From: Pavona decussata
Taxonomy: Eukaryota
Direction: 5' to 3'
Assembly: GCA_977016875.1 (NCBI GenBank)
Contig: CDRNST010000188.1
Coordinates: 186,001 to 250,000, forward strand
DNA length: 64,000 nt
Of the stretch, positions 37,201 to 48,088 are shown in pieces. The notes beneath the pieces are model-generated. The model was not told where the DNA came from. It searched no databases and saw nothing but the letters and a program-made list of their open reading frames with translations. Position 1 is the stretch's first letter. Each line of letters opens with the position of its first letter. Position numbers and translations under genes: made by a program.

Positions 37201-40200
37201 ACTTGCAATCATATTGACAATTTTTCAATTTCTTTATTGTATTAACACAGTGGTTAAAATAAAACAGTTTTTGATGGTTATTAATACTGTTTTTGGTGTT
37301 TATTAATACGGTGGTTAAAATAAAACAGTTTTTGATGGTTATTAATACGGTGGTTAAAATAAAACAGTTTTTGCTGGTTATTAACACGGTGCTTAAAAAA
37401 AAACCAGTTTTTGATGGTTATTAACACGGTGGTTAAAATAAAACAGTTTTTGGTGGTTATTAATTTGGTGGTTAAAATAAAACAGTTTTTGATGGTTATT
37501 ATTATTATTATTAATTATTATTATTACTATTATTATTATTATTATTATTATTAACACGGTGGTTAAAATAAAACAGTTTTTGATTGCTATTAATACAGTG
37601 GTTAAAATAAAACAGTTTTTGGTGGTTATTAATACGGTGGTTAAAATAAAACAGTTTTTGGTGGTTATTAACACCGTGATTAAAATAAAACAGTTTTTGA
37701 TGGCTATTAATACGGTGGTTAAAATAAAACAGTTTTAGGTGGTTATTAATACAGTGGTTAAAATAAAACAGTTTTTGGTGGTTATTAACGCCGTGGTTAA
37801 AATAAAACAGTTTTTGGTTATTAACGCCGTGGCTAGAACATGAATATGCCCTATCCTGATGTGAAGATCAGTTATATTGTAGAGCATTCCATTCCTGCTT
37901 TGGACGTGTGGTTTGCTGTGTCACTATTGTTTGTAGGCTAGCATTCTTACTCGGAAGTAATATGTGACAAGACCAAAAGTGGTCACGAGTGCTAAGTAAC
38001 TGAATACTTTGAAATTGGTCTCATTTTAGTACTTGGAAGGAACCTTCCTTGAGATGGACTTCAGAGTCTGCTATTTGCTGTCACAATTTGATTGGGTACT
38101 TTAGAAAGTTTTGATGCTTTCGCAAAACCTCTTCCACGAGTTATTATTTTGTTTTTTTTTTCATACAGCATGAATACACAGATTAATTCTTTGAGACCAC
38201 CACATTCTAGTGACTCGAAATTTCAATCTTTTGTCGCCTGACCTCTCACAAGAGACTACCTTCAGCCTAGACAGCGAGCAGCCTCTTTCTTCTCCTAAGT
38301 ACTGTCATGCGTGCGAGTGATCTGAGGAAAAAAATAGGACTGCTCGCAGTCTACCTACAGCTAGCCCCTGTAGTTTAAATGATATGTCTGTTCTTTCAGT
38401 GTTTGACATGAGGATTACTCCAACTNNNNNNNNNNNNNNNNNNNNNNNNNNNNNNNNNNNNNNNNNNNNNNNNNNNNNNNNNNNNNNNNNNNNNNNNNNN
38501 NNNNNNNNNNNNNNNNNNNNNNNNNNNNNNNNNNNNNNNNNNNNNNNNNNNNNNNNNNNNNNNNNNNNNNNNNNNNNNNNNNNNNNTACATATCAAACGT
38601 TACATGAATAACGTTAATCAATTAGTCAAGGCGCTTACAATAAGAAATTAATGTTTGACTGTTGGCTTCTCTTGAATTTGCAAAAATTTAAGGTGGCTCG
38701 GAACCTCTCTATCATAAAGTTTTTTTCTTTACTTTCAAAAAGGTGTATCTGAACATGCTGATTACAGTTCCACAATAAATAATGTGTCACAGAGCTCGTT
38801 TCTTAGTTATGACCACCTTAAGGTTTAATAAATGGTGTTTTTAACAGGTTATACTATTGCTTATGTTGAGAAAATTACCATAACTTGTTCATCAATTTTT
38901 AGGCATCCTTTCGATGCCATTATTGTTGTATCAACTAATAAAGTGTGGTTGTATTGATTCGTCAAAGTATAAGTGCTAGAATTAGAAAGTGATCGAAGCC
39001 GGTTTAAGGACGTTGCCTACTAATACCAAAGTTTTTTTGCGCAGTTTATGGCTATTCGAGAAAAGCAGATCTTAGCAAGGGCTATTGGAATCCAAAAAGG
39101 AAATTGGGGGTAACCACGCATTTTTTAAGAGATAATTAAGCAACAATAATTATTCTTATTCTTATTATATAAAAATATATTTTATATATTATTATTCTTA
39201 TTTATTATTCTTATCATGCTTTCTCCGCATAGTTTTAAACCGCGCGCAAAAATATTCCTGTATTAGTAGGCACCACCCATAGGAAACCTGAGTATCTCGA
39301 AATGCGCAGAACGTGTGCGCAGTAACAAAAGTAGGCACCGTCCTTAAAGGCCATTAATGAAGATCAGTAAAAATAACGATTTAGAGATGAATCGTTTCGT
39401 TTAAAGATGTTGAACTGGATGACTCCATCTTTTTTTTTTCTTTATTCGTCCAATTTCTAGCATTAAGGCGGAGAATGTTTGATATTTTCAAAATCTTTTT
39501 ACCTTTTTGTATTTCCATTTTTTGCAAGCAATAAATTTTTCGTCTTTTTGCAGGAATTGGAGAACAAGGTCAAGCAGTGGTGTCATGAGGCCGGGGAGGA
39601 TGTCTCATATGAATTTGTACAGGTATCAACTGTAATTTGTGCATGATGTACTTCAACTGTGTCCTTCAAAATATTGGAAATCAGTGTGGTTTTCGTGACT
39701 TTCTGGATAGTTCTGCTCGTTGTTTTTCTGCTTGGGATTCCATTTCGCTATTTTTTTGTTTTTGTTTTTTTTTTTTTTTGTTTTTTGTTGTTCACAGAGA
39801 AGTGCAAATGCAGGGTTAACGTCAACCGCTGATGATGACCCCTGGTGGAGTGCCTTCAGCTCGGCCTGCAACAAAATGTAAGTAACCCAACGTGTTTGCC
39901 TTTTTGTTGAGTTTCATGACTGGTTAACGGTCCCCTCCACGCTTATGTGTTTTCGCCTATCGTTTACAGTATTTACATTAAAACGATTGAAAGACTTGCG
40001 TAAAACATTTTCAAAAGTGGAGACTTATTAGATTCATTTATTGTGCATTTGGAGCAGCACTGCGAACCAACTGCATTGTTACTGAGTAAGCGATCTCGCG
40101 GAGGGGCTACATGATCGCCTTCCTTCCATTCCAAACATCGTTCAAGTTAAAGCTATACGTAAGTATACCAATCCTAGGAAAGCCACAGGTGCTAAAGGCA

Positions 40201-41217
40201 TTCCTGCGCGACTTCTTGAACACTTTCACAAGGAGTTGACGCCAGTGGTGCATGACATTATCTGTGTAAGTATTCTGACGTGTAAATACCCAACTGCATG
40301 GTTAATAAACACGCTCTGGTCAGCCCAGTACCAAAGGATAGGAATCCAATCGACATTAAAAACATTGCAGGCAGATCTCAGTGCTACCCCATGTTGCCAA
40401 AGTGCTTCAGAACACCCAGTTATGCTCAACCGAATTCAATTCAAGTTTTCGGGCTTAACATTGTTGTGTGTCTTTGTTTTGTTCCCCTGCGTTGCTTGGA
40501 CCACGCCAATTGTGATTAACAACTGCTGTGATTACTGTGGTGTTGGTTTATTTTACTAATTTCAGTGAAAAGTAGGTCGCGCTATTAAATGACTTGCCGA
40601 GTTTTCTCGTTGTTTTTTCAGGGAAATGAAAATCGAGAAAGAGATCTTTCCTGCGGGGACAGACAGTCGTTTTCTACGCGAGGTAACTCAGCTTTTCACC
40701 ATCCAGCTAGAGAAGATTTGGCGCATGTTTACCCTCGGAAGTAACTTTTTTTCAGCGGGGCTTGTGAGTGAAAGCGTGGCGGTTGTAAATTCTGGGTTCT
40801 TTTGTATGGTTGTGTTGCTTCCTCTGCTTCAAGTCACATGATCGACCTCTTTCCCAGGGTCTCTCGGTCTCATGTTGTTTCAGTCGCGCCAACGTTCATT
40901 TGGAAACAGTTGCTCTAAGATCGTTTTTCAACTCCCTTCTTCCTCTATCTAGATTTATCAGGATCTAACTTTAATACAGTCTTTCGTGACTCGCCATTAT
41001 CTAGGGAAGATCAAGCGTTGATTTAACGAAGTCACAAGTGACAGGTTATTCATTCTTTTTTCAGCTTGGTTATCCTGCCATTGGGTTTTCACCGATGAAC
41101 AACACTCCGATCCTTCTTCATGACCACGATGAGTTCCTCAACGAAAAAGTGTTTCTGCGAGGAATTGAAATTTACTGTGAAATAATACCTGCTTTAGCAA
41201 ACCTGGCGCCTTTCTAG
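23658..41217 (+). CDS. ACY1: Aminoacylase-1 (M20A family N-acyl-L-amino-acid amidohydrolase), 17 exons
   Basis: Exons 23658-23754 ([32 protein letters not shown]), 24674-24738, 25052-25159 ([11 protein letters not shown]), 25528-25599 (IYARGTQ), 26084-26106 (DMKCVGIQ), 26321-26397, 27751-27840 (DEEIGG..FALDEG), 28863-28919, 29849-29922 (PGHGSRF), 31394-31443, 31924-31987, 32506-32548 (GGVQPNVIP), 38400 into the gap (FDMRITPT), 39554-39622, 39798-39877, 40622-40682 ([13 protein letters not shown]), 41065-41217 ([19 protein letters not shown]). These are the signature ACY1 motifs. Confidence 0.96.
24574..24647. repeat. (TTA)n microsatellite just upstream of ACY1 exon 2
   Basis: About 24 perfect units. 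Confidence 0.95.
25208..25391. mobile_element. Palindromic MITE
   Basis: tcatcctcggagatccaggggcaga..tctgcccctgggtctccgaggatga. Confidence 0.72.
26863..26966 (+). pseudogene. Decayed duplicate of ACY1 exon 7
   Basis: Translates [21 protein letters not shown] versus the real exon [21 protein letters not shown]. The acceptor is lost (atttcacccg versus atttcactag). Confidence 0.6.
28300..28575. mobile_element. MITE; related copy at ~10780-11053
   Basis: gggcgatttacacggta...taccgtctaaatcggcc TIR; internal sequence is shared with 10800-11050. Confidence 0.72.
30966..31360. mobile_element. TTAA-flanked MITE (GGAC..GTGCCTAC family, Kolobok-like)
   Basis: TTAA|GGACAGTGCCTACTA...TAGTAGGCACCGTCC|TTAA. 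Related copies at 39008-39343, ~24050-24355, ~20460-20760 and ~3640-3790. Confidence 0.82.
33690..37200 (+). mobile_element. Helitron-like element copy 2: decayed HUH Rep + Pif1 helicase (RepHel)
   Basis: Rep motif 1 [10 protein letters not shown] (~34600), HUH motif 2 [16 protein letters not shown] (~34844-34891), motif 3 KY..SYVTK (~35153-35180), Walker A GKPGTGKS (~35969-35992), degenerate Walker B IDKASM (~36210), then QQQP, QQFRIVD and YVTLS. Many frameshifts and stops. Lies in ACY1 intron 32549-38399. The 5' boundary is approximate. Confidence 0.9.
37241..37832. repeat. 39-bp minisatellite (ttaatacggtggttaaaataaaacagtttttggtggtta), ~13 copies, with an embedded (TTA)n run
   Basis: Directly visible; translates as repeated [13 protein letters not shown] on the minus strand; starts immediately 3' of RepHel copy 2. 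Confidence 0.93.
38426..38586. other. Assembly gap truncating ACY1 exon 13 (other gaps: 5028-5160, 29581-29735, 44862-45018)
   Basis: N runs. Confidence 0.99.
39008..39343. mobile_element. TTAA-flanked MITE, same family as 30966-31360
   Basis: TTAA|GGACGTTGCCTAC...GTAGGCACCGTCC|TTAA, with shared internal sequence in inverted orientation. Confidence 0.8.
40100..40460 (+). mobile_element. LINE (CR1/L2-like) reverse transcriptase fragment, decayed
   Basis: Across frameshifts: [64 protein letters not shown]. This matches the typical non-LTR RT N-terminal pattern. Confidence 0.78.
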
Positions 41218-41705
41218 GTATGGAATGAGCTCAAGATGGAAGGAGGCAATATCAAACCAAGCCAAGCTCGGTTACTGATGACGGAATTTTATATATTTAT
41301 CACTATTTAAACAACAGAAGCAGAGTTTATTTAAATTCTATAAATGATTGGTTTTATACTAGAATTAATAAAGAAATCTATTTCATTTTACCTAGGACAA
41401 AAGTTTATTTTTATAAAAACAGGATCAAAGTTCATTAGGGGTATCACGAGTGTCTTCAGTGGTGTTAAAATAAAATGATTGAACTTGCACAGTCCTTTTC
41501 ACTGTTTCGCTCTCATTTCCTGACAGATTCGAAACGTCGCGTTCTTGCGGTGTCGCACTTAGTTCCATAAAAATTAAATTTTATTACCTCGGATAAAGAC
41601 CAAGCGTTCACAGTCTAGGGGTGAAGCCTGAACCCGCCAGTTCTCGATTCACCGGATTAAGCCAGTAATTGCCACAAAGGAAATTGTCGGTCACGGTTAT
41701 TGGTA

Positions 41706-41881
41706 CAGTCGAACCTCTTTATTACGGACACCAAGGGGACGGGAATAAGTGTCCGCATTATAGAGGTGTCCATTTTAGAGAGGTAGGCTTTATTTGGAGT
41801 TCGGTCTCAGGGACCAAGTGAACTGTCCGTAATGGAGAGGTGTCCATATTAAAGAGGCGTTCGTAAGGAGAGGTTCCACTG
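41706..41881. mobile_element. Tc1/mariner-type MITE
   Basis: TA|CAGTCGAACCTCT...AGAGGTTCCACTG|TA termini. Confidence 0.72.
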
Positions 41882-44800
41882 TACTGCATACATTATTACG
41901 TATATTTTGGGAGAAACATTTCAGTTTTGTTAAAGGAATCTTTGAAACATTGTAATCTACGATGGTCTGATAAAAACTGTACACCTTTCCATTTATGAAT
42001 CAAAGGTTCTTAAGGATCTATACATTACTTTATTATAGGATATTAAAGCTTCATGAAATTAACGCCGATTTTAAAAATTCGCATTAATGGGGTCCTTTCG
42101 AAATATTAAAATTCAGCTTGAATGCGAAGCCCAGAGGACACAAACAACAGAAATGAATAAACATGATTATTCAGTTTCCTTTGTTTGTGTCCTCTAATCC
42201 TCAGTATAAAGTTGATTTTTAATGAAAGAAGCCTATTTAAGTCGCGTCAATTTTTCTTAACGTTATTTTTCGCGTCATTAATTAAGTTGCGCATCAATTT
42301 TCGCGATCTCAATTTCCATTATTTTCGCCCTAAATTCTCGATACACTCCTGAAAGGAAAAAGCTGCCTTGTTTTATCAGGGTGCAGATCCGTCGGTATCG
42401 TGGACACTGTGAAGAACGCTGGAAGTGGCCCGATTCCTTTGCCTAACCCCTATGTTTACGGACAATTTCGGGCACTTATAAATTTGTTCCCGTTGTCTCA
42501 ACAAATTCTGTTTCTTTGTGGAAGTCGCGTTAATTTCCTTCATTTAGAAGGTTTAGCACCTCTTAAAGTAATTTTCGTTCAATTCGGGTTAATTTCGAAT
42601 ACTTTAATTAACACGAGCGTTAACTTCCTATAATAAGGTAATACTTATCCTATCCAATTATCGCCTCTATTATCTCCATTATGAAAGAGACAAAACAAAC
42701 CAATAACAGAATTACAGGGGCACACGATGTTCAGAATGAGACCAATACAAAAATTCGTACCGGAAATCAACTTATACAAAAGTTTTTGAGGGTTCTTAGC
42801 ATTCGACATTCCCCTTCATAAGCCGGAGCCTGCACACACCGCTCAGAGGCGGTTTGCGCCTCGAAAATCCATCTGAGCAGCGATTTCGTCATGAACAGTC
42901 GAAGCCCCATTGGGGGTGGGGAAGAAATTGGAGGGTACCGCGATACTCCTTTAGTGGCAAAATGTCTCAAAAAAGGACGTAAACTATGCAACAGTGTACG
43001 TAGCCCCAGCATTTTGGCGAAATCAAGAAGCATGAATCAATGTTTTATTTCGTATTGCAATTTCTTGAATATAGATGATAATTTAAAATGCTATTGAGAT
43101 CTCAAAATAAACGCCAACACCGTTGGAACTCTAGTTCTATAAATAGAGCATTGCATGATTTAACGTTCCTGGGGAAAAAATACCCGCTCTTCACTGCCAG
43201 CGAGCAAGACTTTTAAGAAATGAAAATCATAGCCAGCTTTTAGTGTGATGTCTGTCAACTAGGCAGCAAAGTTGAAAATAGCAAAAGGGAGACAATGCCA
43301 GCCAGTGCAAGAGAAATTTTTCCAGCTTGCTAGCAAGCGATAGCGTACACTAGTTTTTAGCCAGCCAGAGAAGTTTGCTGAAAAAACTACACTTGTGATT
43401 TCAATTGAAATTACAATTGTTCTGTAGGTCCCTTGACGCCTTCAGTCCCGAGTTCAGATTGCGCGTACGATGTTTAATCATTAAGGCCTCTTTAAAAGTA
43501 GCACATTCCAATAATTTGCTCGAGCAATTACAGTGGTTTTATTTTGTACTGTTTGTATATCGAATGATCTTTTGCCTAGAGAGTGTGGGGAATCAAGCTG
43601 GATTTCGGAATTTCAAATCACAAGTGTTTTTTTTTTCGTAGCCTTTTCTATTTTTAATCATTGCCTGATTATTTTGTTGAAATAAACAACGAAATATTGC
43701 TCTGTTAAATCCCGCATCCTTGTAATCTAAATCTTAGATTTGTGAGATGCAGTTCTTCGGACTCACGTTTATAGAATGGTCGGATGGCAAAGAACAATTT
43801 TTAACCATCCTATACAGAGGCATTGTCAACAATCCATCAAAGGAGCAGTCGTTTTCGGGAAAACGGCAATAAAAATTGTAAGAATTAAATGAGGTAAAAG
43901 GAGTCCATTAGCGGTACCTCCAAGACTTCAGGTCATCCTTTTGTCGTTATATGAGTTTTAACACGTGCGCATGTTCAAACCTCTCGACGTACCACATGGA
44001 AGACAAAATGACTACATGTTCATATATATATGTGGGTGAATCTCAGTTCAAGTCTGTAGAGGTGGAAGTGCTAGTACGAAAGTAATCTGTCTCATACATC
44101 CGGTCTAGGGGCCGACTTTTCCCTCCCTCACTGTCTTGTCGTGGCAACCATCTCCGGCTGGCATAAGCGATCCGCGGGCCGAAATCTCGTGGTGCATCGT
44201 CATGGTACAACGCTCAGGCAAAGTGTCCAGAGGTGGCGCTGTCAGCTGTTTATTTTATTTTATTTTTGTCTCACTCTCTCTTTATCAGCTATTTTGTCTT
44301 AAATGTGCCATGTGGAAGACAGTAACTACGTTTTTAGTAACAGAATGATCACACTGACTCGAAGACTGGCAAGTCGCCCGAGCACATCGTAGGGAAAGAA
44401 GCTTTTCATTCATGTCCCTTGTCATGTCCTTATCAAATTGTCGACGGGTATTGTGTACAATTCATAGCCTTTAAACCAATTCTGCACATTAAACACGTTC
44501 CCTTGAAAATATAACATCGATAAATAGATTTACGGGCCGGGGGGATTGCAACCCTTTGCCAGTACAAGATCAAGGGCCTGTTTCACAGGAAATTCCTTCG
44601 CGAATCTGGAGAGATCATGTTCGGAAAAATGTCATGGAAACATGAAATTATTACGGTACAGCAGGATTTGAAAACTCGGGAAATTCGAAATCGTTTCCGT
44701 GATTGTCACCGAAAAATTGGGAGGATATTCTAAATTTCCGGAAGAGGGTAATTTTATTGGACAGAAATGCATGGAGAGGCCCATGTGTATTTTACGGCCT

Positions 44801-46245
44801 TTTCGAGTGGAAGAAAAGCGCTAGTCATGTTCTGTGAAAAACAGTTAGCGAGTATTATGATNNNNNNNNNNNNNNNNNNNNNNNNNNNNNNNNNNNNNNN
44901 NNNNNNNNNNNNNNNNNNNNNNNNNNNNNNNNNNNNNNNNNNNNNNNNNNNNNNNNNNNNNNNNNNNNNNNNNNNNNNNNNNNNNNNNNNNNNNNNNNNN
45001 NNNNNNNNNNNNNNNNNNCTTTGGTGAATAGCGTAGTGAAACGTAACAATTTGCTCACCTTTTCGTTGTCTTCAGAGCCGATTTGAGCGATTTCTGTCTT
45101 TACTTTGGTCGCCTTTAAGCTGACTGTAGTCCTCGGACATCACTCACAGTACGCCTAGCTCAGTGGGCCCTTGCTTGCTCCACGTATTAAAATAAACCTA
45201 ATCTGACGCAAGGACAATCACAAACCACTAATCCTAATGTGAATAACTCCTGACTCGCTGGATTTCAGACGACTTCTAACAAAAGAGACACGTTCGTTAT
45301 CACTTCTTGGCAGCTGACATACACAGCGTGATATAAAGAGAGAAAGAACAACACATGATGGAAAACAGTGGAGCCGCCGTTATTTCCAGGCGCGCTACTT
45401 GCCTTCAAATTTCATTGGTAAAGATGGTGTTAGAGCGAAAAGTCAAATACGATTTTTTACAAGCCTAACAGGGGCCCTAACAGGCAGAAAAAACAAACGA
45501 GACATTTTTTTACCCAGCAATTCCCAGCAAGCTAGATATTTAGAAACGTTTCAGTCAGTATTCAGTTCCCAGCCAGCTCTATTCCAGCCTCCAGAGCGGG
45601 TTTTTAGTCGAGCGGCCCCATCAGGTACTCCTGGCAAAAGGATTAGGTCTCATATGTAAATTACCCGAAATTTAGACCCCCTGTGGTCTGACCTCTGGTA
45701 AGCGACCACCTATCCTTGACATTATGGGTTCGAATGGGTGGTCGCTTACGGGAGGTTCGACTGTTTTAATATCCTAGAATCTAAAGACTTACATGACGAT
45801 TTTGAATCTCTAGTAACAAAAGTCAAATCACAACTGACATAGTTGTATATTACCATTTTGTCATTCCTTTCCATCCTACCCGATTTCATGTTTTCCTTGT
45901 ATTTTCTCCTGTCTTGCCTTTAAAGAAGCTCAAAAAAGTTCTTCACTATTTTAGTCCTCCCAAAAACCTTTCCTTATTCTTGTATCTTTGATTTTAAGGC
46001 TCAGTCTGCCTTCTTACTTAGCAGGTAAAGTCAATCTTTCTTTTTGTCATCCTGGCCAACCTAGATTAACTTTATACCTGCTGCGCCAAGAAATTGTACA
46101 TGTAAATAAATATTACTTATACAAATACCTTATAACGTTGAAGTTGAAGGGTGTCCGCAGGAGAAAATTGTTCATCCGGGTGGGGTTCATACTATACTGA
46201 GCCCAGAGCCCACGGTGGTAAACAGGTTATCAGCGGTAAATCAAG

Positions 46246-48088
46246 ATGGCGGTTTCGTTGGCTCCTCTTCGCTCTCTTCAAGACTTCCTCACTGATGCTC
46301 AATTTACAGCTCCAACTTTAAATGACAAGGATAGAATGGATAACAGGATGGTCAACAACCTTATTTATTACCAAACTAATTACTTTCTTACTGCGATCGC
46401 TATTTTCATTTTGGTTGGGTAAGTGTCTGACGTGGATATCGATTAGACTTCTCATTTGAATCGATGGGATAAAAATATGAGTTTCATAGATCGATACCCT
46501 GCTAATAGGACGATAGTTTAGGGCTAAACTCCCTAAATAAAGTGGATACGCAGATACACAGTCAAAAAAGGAAATGAAAAATATATAATTTCTTGTTCTT
46601 AAAGCGTGCTGTACGATCAAAAGGCAGTGCAATCAGCAAAATGTATCATTTCTGGTGTTACGACGTTCCATTTATTATCGGTACAACCCTCCCCCCTCCC
46701 CATTCCTTATGGAAGGTCGGATTCCTAAGCCCGTTTTTCTGCTGTCGGCACCTTTGAAGATTGCATCCAAGGGGTCCAAAATTTTGTCATCTTCTTTGAA
46801 AACGTATTCCTACAGCCCCTATGACAGAAACTACAATCCAAATGAAGTGCAAAATATATAATTTCTGCCTCACTTCGTATCCGTGTATCCACTGTGATAT
46901 ATACCTACTATATTGAAAGGGGTAGGAAAGTCTAGCTCACCTGGTATCATTGGCGTATGCACTTCGATGTATATCCATGTAAATGGCTGATTCAGGCATG
47001 TACCTTCCAAATGGCAGGGTATTCCTTAGTTAGCACAAAAGTTAGAAGTATATAAAACAGCTGGCACCATTAATCAATCAATGTTAATCTGCATTTAATG
47101 ATTGAAGAACCAGCTCCATGATCCATGTGTAGTCTTTGAGAACTTATTTATTAATAAGCTAATATAAGTATTAATACATTAGCTAATAAATTATTTTCTG
47201 CCCTGCAGTACCCTGTATCCAAAGGATTTGATAATTGGTACTGTTTCACTAGTCTTAACCTTCATGTTGTTTGGAGTCGCACAAAGCTGTGAACCAAGAC
47301 TTGCATGGATGAAGCAGCAGTATCCTTCTTTGGTGCCTGGTGCCACGCTTGGTCTTGCTCTGCTGATTATTTCTGCCCTGGGATCCGTCCTTGTTTTTGT
47401 TTGGGGAGTCACATTACCACTAGGAGGTACATTTATCACAAAATATAGTACTCTACAATTTTTGGAATTTGGACTACCTCCATTTGTCGGTCCCATAAGT
47501 AATTATAACTATACAGAAAGGTGTTTTAATAATTTTTCTGCATGTTTTATATCTACCCTGATTTTTGAAAAGGTGGTTGAGAAGAGAGAGAGAAAACAAG
47601 ACTGCAACCTCTTGTAAATTTGGGCAGTTTTCTGAGGATTTGGAGAAATCAAGAAATCCAAGATGGCAGCTATAAGAATCAATGTTGTAATCACACACGT
47701 CATATGAACTCATTTTCACACTCTCCAGACGCCAAAGAAGACAGTTTTGGACATAGTTTTACCCCTCCATGTTATATTGTCATTATGTCTTGGAAAAGAT
47801 TTAAGGAGAAGATAAATACAAGAAAATTAAGCAAGAAAACAACTAGAAAATATGTGCTCAGTGACAAAAGTAGCCATCAGCTTTCAGGCTACAGTGGCAA
47901 ATTGTTTCATAAAATTTCCTTTTTCACTTTTCTTTTCAGTTATTCTTCTTCATGCTGCTACTCGCAAGAGAAATGTTAAAAACAAGTTTGCTAATATGGT
48001 GGAGCTGTTTAAGGAAGATGTCTCCCTTATGACGATTATTCTGTCAAAGATTTGCTCAAATGAAGAAGAAAACTCTGAACACAGATAA
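46246..48088 (+). CDS. PRA1-family protein (PRAF2 / ARL6IP5-like), 3 exons
   Basis: Exons 46246-46418 (MAVSLAPLRSLQDFL..NRMVNNLIYYQTNY), 47209-47426 (hydrophobic TM segments) and 47940-48088 (ILLHAATRKRNVKNK..*). Phases are consistent. NNLxYYQTNY and HA.xR are PRA1 signatures. Confidence 0.92.

Noticed and set aside
37241-37832. CRISPR-like array
   Set aside because: Units are directly contiguous with no unique spacers, the context is a eukaryotic intron, and there are no cas genes.
42380-45200. GC-richer patches with splice-like signals (42770-43030, 44090-44250, 45057-45140) suggesting an extra gene
   Set aside because: No consistent open frame or recognisable protein could be assembled, and a gap interrupts the region. 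A non-coding transcript cannot be excluded.
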